From positions 1 through 62,077 of the forward strand of contig DATDYP010000025.1 in the NCBI GenBank assembly GCA_035288985.1: 62,077 nt of DNA. Direction: 5' to 3'. A program made the translations under genes and the position numbers. Below are positions 56,244-62,077 of this stretch, one piece after another. The number at the start of each line of letters is the position of its first letter. The stretch's first letter is position 1. Under the pieces are notes generated by a model. That model searched no databases and was not told the DNA's origin. It worked only from the letters and a program-made list of their open reading frames with translations. The stretch is from Candidatus Nanoarchaeia archaeon (GTDB lineage Archaea > Nanobdellota > Nanobdellia > Woesearchaeales > GW2011-AR9).

Positions 56244-56275
56244 GCAAAACATTCTTCATAAAAACTCAAAAAACC

Positions 56276-56419
56276 GTACGTATTTAGTTAGTAGGCCAAG
56301 GGTGAATTTTGCTAAGCTTTAGTGACAGGAACAGAAGTGAAAATTATCGATAACAAATCTGTTTACCAACTATTTATCATCAAATTTTCACCAAAATTCA
56401 CGGCCAACTAAATACGTAC
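56276..56419. mobile_element. MITE-like palindromic element, 144 bp
   Basis: Perfect 14-bp inverted repeat GTACGTATTTAGTT/AACTAAATACGTAC; near-direct repeat AAAAAACC/AAAAAGCC; inner GTGAATTTTG/CAAAATTCAC and GTGAAAATT/AATTTTCAC stems. Confidence 0.6.
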
Positions 56420-56466
56420 AAAAAGCCACAATATTTATATTGTCCTGCCCCTTTAGTAGCTCTATA

Positions 56467-57429
56467 ATGCCTGTGCTTTCTGATCTGAAGAAGAGCCTGG
56501 AAAAAATCTGCCTTGCCGGGCTGGTCAGCCTTACTTCCTGCACGCCAGGAGAATTTAAAGTCGTCCGGCTCAATAATGCTCCTACTTATGATGAAGTGAC
56601 TTCTCAAGAAGATATCAGGGAAGTTCCATTTGCATACTGGAATGCAGCCGATCTTAGAGGCGATACGCCAAATCTGTTTGAGTTTATTTCAGCAGCAACA
56701 TCCCAGCAGCGCGCAGATTCTGTAGGAACATATTTCAGAGAACAGGGTCTTGGCATCATCGGCTTGGGGGAAGTGGATTACGACGATACCGCCAAGACCG
56801 GGTTTCGGGATCAGGCTATAGATATAGCAGCAGCCATGAATTCTCCCTATGATTATGTAGTTGTAGATCAGTACATGGTCTCGCGTCTCTTCCCCTGGAC
56901 AACCGGCAATGGCATGGTCTTACAATATCCAGCTAAAGTTGTCCATCGGCATCTTTTTGGAGAGGATGAGCCGTTCGATAGCAGGCTGGGGCACCTCTTC
57001 AAGGATTTTATTCACGTTAAAATAAAAGTAGGAAAACGGGAGCTGGATGTAATTCTATCCCACCTTGATGATGAAGACAACTTGACCTTCTCAAGAAGGA
57101 GGGACGAACTTGAAAAAATATTGGCGTATGCTGCAAAGGTAAAGCAGGAGAATGAACATGCCTACATTGCCTTCATGGCCGATGCTAATGCAGTACAGGA
57201 CAGCAGCGAGATGAGGAGAGTGTTGACCCACGGCCTGTTCCATCCTCCCGAAAGAAACTATGGAATTCCAACCCACCGCTCCCACAACCCGACAATGGGG
57301 ATAAGCCATGTTTTTGTCACGCAGAACATGGAGATACAGGATTACGACAGGTTCTGCCCTCAAGATAACAAAGGAGAATACATTTCTGATCATTGCGGCG
57401 TGAAGGGAGTATTTGTGTTTAAAGATTAA
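56467..57429 (+). CDS. Putative lipoprotein of the endonuclease/exonuclease/phosphatase (EEP) superfamily
   Basis: LTSC lipobox; YWN, GLGEVD, SHL, MADAN, ISDH motifs. Confidence 0.75.
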   Translation: MPVLSDLKKSLEKICLAGLVSLTSCTPGEFKVVRLNNAPTYDEVTSQEDIREVPFAYWNAADLRGDTPNLFEFISAATSQQRADSVGTYFREQGLGIIGLGEVDYDDTAKTGFRDQAIDIAAAMNSPYDYVVVDQYMVSRLFPWTTGNGMVLQYPAKVVHRHLFGEDEPFDSRLGHLFKDFIHVKIKVGKRELDVILSHLDDEDNLTFSRRRDELEKILAYAAKVKQENEHAYIAFMADANAVQDSSEMRRVLTHGLFHPPERNYGIPTHRSHNPTMGISHVFVTQNMEIQDYDRFCPQDNKGEYISDHCGVKGVFVFKD

Positions 57430-57498
57430 TCAGGACAGTAGTCATCAAGACGCAGTCACACAATAATTAAATACTACCTTCTTCTGAAAGGACGGCGT

Positions 57499-59172
57499 AT
57501 GTCACGCGCCCAAATTATGAAGGATTATTTCAAGCAGAACTTCTTCTACGATCTTAAAGCAGGTTTCATTACGGCAGTTGTTGCTCTTCCTTTAGCTTTA
57601 GCTTTTGCCATAGCTTCCGGCGTTCCTCCAGTTATGGGGTTGTATACTGCCGTGGTGGCGGGAATTTTAGCCTCGCTCCTGGGCGGATCAGTTTTTTCCA
57701 TCACCGGCCCGACAGGAGCGATGGTAGTGCTTATCCTTAGCACGGTTTCCAAATTTGGGCTTGAAGGATTGTTACTGGCCGGCTTCTTTGCAGGAGTATT
57801 CCAAATCATTTTTGGCTTGATGAAAGTAGGAAAAGTAGTCAAGTATTTGCCTCTGCCCCTTATTTCCGGATTCACTGCCGGGATTGGCGCGATTATCTTC
57901 ATTGGACAGATTGGAAATTTTCTGGGTGTTTCATTAGAGCCGAAAGAGCATGTCTGGGAGACGCTGGGGCAGATTTTCCTCCATCTCCCCGATCTAAAAG
58001 CAGCTGCGGTGGTTGTAACTTTAGGAACAGTCTTATTGCTGGTATTCCTGCCCAAACTTCTGGCGAAAAGCAGATACACCAGAAACATTCCTGCTTCCAT
58101 TGTTGCCTTAGTTCTGTTTACAGTCGCAGCCGCAGTTTTGGCCTTAAATGTGCCTATCGTTGGAGAGATCCCGCAAGGCCTGCCATCGCTAAGTGTTCCA
58201 AATTTTTCATGGGAATTGATCAAAAATATACTTCCTGCCTCAGTTACCATCGCTTTATTGGGAGCCATTGAAGCCTTGCTCTGCGCAGTGGTATGCGATG
58301 GCATGACCTCTACCAAGCATAACAGTAACCGAGAATTGGTATCCCAAGGAGTTGTAAATGTGATTATGCCTTTCTTTGGCGGCATGGCCGCTACTGCAGC
58401 AATTGCCAGGAGCGCGGTTAATATCCGGGAAGGGGCAAAGACACGATATGCAGGAGTATTTCACGGCTTATTTTTGATGAGCACCCTTTTATTTCTCGGC
58501 CCTTTGGCAGAAGAAATTCCCAGAGCTTTTTTAGCCGGTGTGTTGATGGTAGTTTCCGTGAAGATGATCGACATTCAGGAATTTAAGACCATCCTTCGAT
58601 TAAGTAAACTGGATGCCATGGTCTTCTTGGTTACGTTTGGCTTAACCGTAGTGACGGATTTAGTGGTTGCCGTGCAGGTCGGCATGGTCTTGGCAATTTT
58701 GTTGTTATTTATCCGCCTTACAGAAGGTATCGAGATAAGCCACATGGAGCAATATCCCAAGACAAACCAGATCAACCAGCTCATAAATAATAATCCTTTA
58801 TTGAAAGAAAAAGTGAGCGTCTATACAATCAACGGCCCCTTCTTCTTTGGTGCCATGAATGTTTTTGAGCATAAGTTGAATGAACATCTCCAGATTAAGA
58901 AGTCTGTGATCATTTTACGCATGAAATACGTGCCCTTCATTGACAGCACCGGAGTGGTACGGCTAGCCAGTTTTATCAGGAAGCTGGAAAAGCAAGGGAG
59001 CACAGTTCTATTGAGCAACCTCCATGAGAATGTAAAAAAGGTCTTACTCAAAGACCGAGAATTCCAAGCGCTAATGAAAGGAGAACATAAGAAACAATTC
59101 CGCCTGTTTGAGAACACGCCTGAAGCCTTGGAGTATGTGGAAAAGGAATTGTTGACAGAAGAGAAGAAGTGA
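57499..59172 (+). CDS. sulP: SulP/SLC26 anion permease with STAS domain
   Basis: DLKAGFITAVVALPLALAFAI, GLYTAVV, ITGPTGA, AIARSAVN, STAS FIDSTG. Confidence 0.94.
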   Translation: MSRAQIMKDYFKQNFFYDLKAGFITAVVALPLALAFAIASGVPPVMGLYTAVVAGILASLLGGSVFSITGPTGAMVVLILSTVSKFGLEGLLLAGFFAGVFQIIFGLMKVGKVVKYLPLPLISGFTAGIGAIIFIGQIGNFLGVSLEPKEHVWETLGQIFLHLPDLKAAAVVVTLGTVLLLVFLPKLLAKSRYTRNIPASIVALVLFTVAAAVLALNVPIVGEIPQGLPSLSVPNFSWELIKNILPASVTIALLGAIEALLCAVVCDGMTSTKHNSNRELVSQGVVNVIMPFFGGMAATAAIARSAVNIREGAKTRYAGVFHGLFLMSTLLFLGPLAEEIPRAFLAGVLMVVSVKMIDIQEFKTILRLSKLDAMVFLVTFGLTVVTDLVVAVQVGMVLAILLLFIRLTEGIEISHMEQYPKTNQINQLINNNPLLKEKVSVYTINGPFFFGAMNVFEHKLNEHLQIKKSVIILRMKYVPFIDSTGVVRLASFIRKLEKQGSTVLLSNLHENVKKVLLKDREFQALMKGEHKKQFRLFENTPEALEYVEKELLTEEKK

Positions 59173-59182
59173 GATAACTTTT

Positions 59183-59893
59183 CTACTCAACACTAAAATG
59201 TGCCACATTTGCGGCGATGAGCCTGGCATGATGCGCGACCGTTTCTAAACTATGTAGCAAAGTATAATCAACAAATATGCCTTGCGGATTGTTCTTTAGG
59301 TCATCAGCAATTTTGGTGACAGCAGGTAATACATCAAGAGCATATCTCTTATAACGTGGAATTTGCTGCGGAGTACCGATGAGGAAATTCTCTGCAAATT
59401 CAGACACTATATATCTAAATGATCCCTCATCTCCAGGATGCCCGTGACAATCTGCGCTTACGGCATAATCTATAGCAAAATTCCAGAGCTTCTCGAAGTA
59501 AGGCATCTCCGGCACCCAGCTGGCGGCATCGCAGACCACTTCACCGCCTAGATTGTATATTTTTATTTCTGCCGGCGTAGGGTAATGCCGATTCAGTTTT
59601 TCTATATCAGCATTAACATGGAAAGCCATATCGGAATATTTTTCAACTCCTCTCTCCCGCAGCTGAGCTAGAAAGACGGCAAGGAGGTAAAGGTTTCGTT
59701 CCGTGGTTAAATAATGTTGTAGTCCACTTCCTTGTATTCTCATTTTATTGCCAGACTTGTACACTAAGTGTTCTACTAAATTTTTATTAGACTTGCCAAA
59801 CCTTTTCAGATCAGTATCCAGTTTTCTTCCGTATGAACAGAATTCAATCTCTTTATTGCGGATCAATTCTTCAAGTGAAGGGTCTGCCGGCAT
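59183..59893 (-). CDS. Hypothetical protein
   Basis: Start reassigned to the ATG at 59893 (MPADPSLEE) to avoid overlap with asnS. Confidence 0.55.
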   Translation of the reverse strand: MPADPSLEELIRNKEIEFCSYGRKLDTDLKRFGKSNKNLVEHLVYKSGNKMRIQGSGLQHYLTTERNLYLLAVFLAQLRERGVEKYSDMAFHVNADIEKLNRHYPTPAEIKIYNLGGEVVCDAASWVPEMPYFEKLWNFAIDYAVSADCHGHPGDEGSFRYIVSEFAENFLIGTPQQIPRYKRYALDVLPAVTKIADDLKNNPQGIFVDYTLLHSLETVAHHARLIAANVAHFSVE

Positions 59894-59924
59894 AGTGGTA
59901 GGAAAAGAAAAGAAGTATTTAAAG

Positions 59925-61229
59925 TTACGGCTTATACCGTTCCATCGTCCTTGGGAAAGGAATCGCATCTTTGACCGTTTCCAAGCCGCAGATCCAGGCA
60001 ATCAATCGTTCTACACCCAGGCCAAAGCCGCCGTGTGGAACACTGCCATATCTTCGAGTATCTAAGTAAAATTCATATTGCGAGGGATCTTCTCCTTGTG
60101 CAAGCAAACGTTTCTTAATCTTCTCCAGATCATGCTCACGATGCGAGCCGCCGACAATTTCTCCATATCCCTCTGGAGCCAGCACATCACAGCCCTGCAC
60201 TGTTTTCGGATTCTTAGGATCTTCAGTCATGTAAAATGCCTTGACCACCTTAGGGTAATGGGTAACTATGACCGGCACGTCATATAATTTAGTCAATTTC
60301 TCTTCTTCGATCGTGCGCAAGTCTTTTCCCCATTGCACTTTCATCTTGCATTTCTGATCTAAGATTTTAAGAGCGTCATCATAGGTCATGCGCACAAATG
60401 GTTTTTTCATGACCGGCTCCAGCTTTTTCAGATCACGCTGCAATACTTCCAGCTCTGCCTGATGCTTTTCGAGAACTTTTCGTACGACATGCTTAATCAG
60501 GCCTTCGGCATGATCCTGAATGTCCTTAAAGTCAGCCCAAGCCATTTCCATCTCCGCATGCCAGTACTCTGTCAGATGCCGGGAGGTTTTGCTTTTCTCG
60601 GCTCGAAAGCTAGGTGAAATAGTATAAATCTTCTCCAAGGCAAAAATGGCTGGTTCGGCATACAACTGCCAGGTTTGTCCTAAAAAGACATCCTTCTTGC
60701 CGAAGTAATCGACACTGAATAATTCAGCTCCACCTTCGCACTGCACGGCCTGAAAAATAGGGGAGTGATATTCATAAAACCCTTGCCCGCGGAAATAGTC
60801 ATGAATAGCATTGAAGACTGTACTGCGAATTTTAAGGATGGCAATCATTCTCTGGCTGCGCAGCCATAAATGCCTGTTGTCAGCCAGAAATTCGATGGAC
60901 TGATCTTTTCCGATGGGATAGTTCTCGCTTACTCCAACAATAGTGTAAGACTCAACCTGAATTTCATACCCTGTTGGTGCACGTTCATCTTTCTTTATCT
61001 GTCCGCTGATTTCCAGAGAGGCTTCAACCTGTAAATGATCAATTTCTTCCCACATCTTTCCGAATTTCTCGCGTTCAAAAATGCATTGGATGGTGCTGCT
61101 GGAATCACGCAAGACGATGAACTTGAACTTATTACTGCCCCGTTGGCGGTGGATCCAGCCTCTAACTGAAACCTTGCCGGAACCTTTGTTCATCGCTTCT
61201 AGGATGGACAGATATTGAGCCATAACCAA
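59925..61229 (-). CDS. asnS: Asparagine--tRNA ligase
   Basis: OB-fold VSVRGWI, NRHLWLR, FRAEKSKTSRHLTEYW, EIVGGSHRE, GSVPHGGFGLGVERL. Confidence 0.85.
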   Translation of the reverse strand: MVMAQYLSILEAMNKGSGKVSVRGWIHRQRGSNKFKFIVLRDSSSTIQCIFEREKFGKMWEEIDHLQVEASLEISGQIKKDERAPTGYEIQVESYTIVGVSENYPIGKDQSIEFLADNRHLWLRSQRMIAILKIRSTVFNAIHDYFRGQGFYEYHSPIFQAVQCEGGAELFSVDYFGKKDVFLGQTWQLYAEPAIFALEKIYTISPSFRAEKSKTSRHLTEYWHAEMEMAWADFKDIQDHAEGLIKHVVRKVLEKHQAELEVLQRDLKKLEPVMKKPFVRMTYDDALKILDQKCKMKVQWGKDLRTIEEEKLTKLYDVPVIVTHYPKVVKAFYMTEDPKNPKTVQGCDVLAPEGYGEIVGGSHREHDLEKIKKRLLAQGEDPSQYEFYLDTRRYGSVPHGGFGLGVERLIAWICGLETVKDAIPFPRTMERYKP

Positions 61230-61276
61230 CGTAAATAACGGGAAGATATAAAAATGTTTTTGTCTTTCTGTCTTTT

Positions 61277-61684
61277 ATGGAAGAAACTGAGAGCCCACAG
61301 TTAGAATGGATGACTCTATTTTCTTGCAATCTTACCGAAATAAGGGAATTTTACCAGTCTTTGCTAGGTGTAGAGTTTACGGAAGAGCAGCATGATCGTA
61401 CTCCAGTCCATTATTCTTACCAAGCTGCTGGTTTGCTGATAGAATTATATCCTCTCCACAACAAAGCTAGTAAACAAGACGCGCCTGGCTCAACCAACAC
61501 TTCAGAGGCAGGATCAGTTATGGCTCTTGGTTTTTCAGTCTCTGACTTGGAAGGAGTTGTAAAAAGGATGGATAGTTATGTAATTGCCCCAATCACGCAA
61601 CGACCTTACGGTCGGGTCGCTTTCCTGAAAGACCCTGATGGGAGAAAGATCACTCTTCGTGAAAGGATAAAAGAGCAAAAATAG
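61277..61684 (+). CDS. VOC/glyoxalase-family protein
   Basis: FYQSLLG, HYS, LGFSVSDL, FLKDPDGRKI. Confidence 0.8.
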   Translation: MEETESPQLEWMTLFSCNLTEIREFYQSLLGVEFTEEQHDRTPVHYSYQAAGLLIELYPLHNKASKQDAPGSTNTSEAGSVMALGFSVSDLEGVVKRMDSYVIAPITQRPYGRVAFLKDPDGRKITLRERIKEQK

Positions 61685-61693
61685 AGTCCAAAC

Positions 61694-62077
61694 TCAAATT
61701 TTCTGAACCGCTTCTTTATGGACTGCCACTGCTCTTCCTGAAGGATCGGCCATCCCTTGGAAAGCTTTGCTCCAGCGATAGGCAGTAGGGGTAGAGCAAG
61801 CGATGGACGGACCATACTCAACCGTCAGAGCTGCTTCTGCACTCGGAAAGAATTCTTCAAAAATACTTCTGTAGAGATACCCTTCTTTAGTTGCTGGCGG
61901 CTGTACAGGGAATCGCTCCGCTGCTTTCACCATCATCTCATCTGAGATTTTTTCCTGAGCATATGCTTTCAGAGAGTCTATCCAGCTATAGCCAACACCA
62001 TCAGAGAACTGTTCTTTCTGACGCCAAAGCACTGACTCTGGCAAGAATCCTTCAAAGGCTTTGCGAAGAACATATTT
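61694..62077 (-). CDS. asnB: Asparagine synthetase B (glutamine-hydrolysing), C-terminal part; runs off the window end
   Basis: KYVLRKAF, WRQKEQFSDGVGYSWID, ACST, DPSGRAV. Confidence 0.92.
   Translation of the reverse strand, partial: KYVLRKAFEGFLPESVLWRQKEQFSDGVGYSWIDSLKAYAQEKISDEMMVKAAERFPVQPPATKEGYLYRSIFEEFFPSAEAALTVEYGPSIACSTPTAYRWSKAFQGMADPSGRAVAVHKEAVQKI

Noticed and set aside
30575-56419. Integron attC sites, SRP RNA or RNase P RNA as the identity of the hairpin modules
   Set aside because: No RYYYAAC...GTTRRRY polarity and no integrase; none of the conserved SRP helix-8 or RNase P P4 motifs
1-62077. Alternative genetic code or stop-codon readthrough
   Set aside because: Conserved genes are full length under the standard code and end in TAA, TAG and TGA

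Overview
Fragment of an archaeal chromosome, most likely a DPANN/Woesearchaeota-type organism. The basis is archaeal RNA polymerase subunits rpoD/L/N, the archaeal S13-S4-S11-RpoD-L18e-L13-S9-RpoN operon, a fused PriS-PriL primase, deoxyhypusine synthase, Cdc48 and BRE/TATA promoters with mostly leaderless genes. Core genes are interleaved with many bacterial-type genes (mutS, mutL, ECF-like sigma factor, trhO, TrmR-like O-methyltransferase, aroF-tyrA-pheA, asnB, sulP) and about ten lipobox-bearing secreted proteins, several of them hydrolases. No rRNA, tRNA, CRISPR array, integrase or transposase was found. The most striking items are not in the ORF track. (1) A 17-codon leaderless leader peptide, MVHSSRKNWTAFLYYFY, lies ahead of the aromatic amino acid operon with overlapping alternative RNA stems, suggesting ribosome-sensed attenuation in an archaeon. 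(2) Four non-coding elements have terminal inverted repeats and 8-9 bp flanking direct repeats; three of them carry a shared GGCC...GGCC-AA hairpin module and sit immediately upstream of the same CCACAATMTTT promoter motif. (3) An intact-looking ECF sigma factor is driven by an archaeal TATA promoter. (4) A candidate ho5U/mo5U tRNA pathway is present (trhO plus trmR-like). (5) Two AT-rich cassettes are bracketed by diverged duplications of a neighbouring gene end. All family assignments come from motif recognition by eye, not from database searches.
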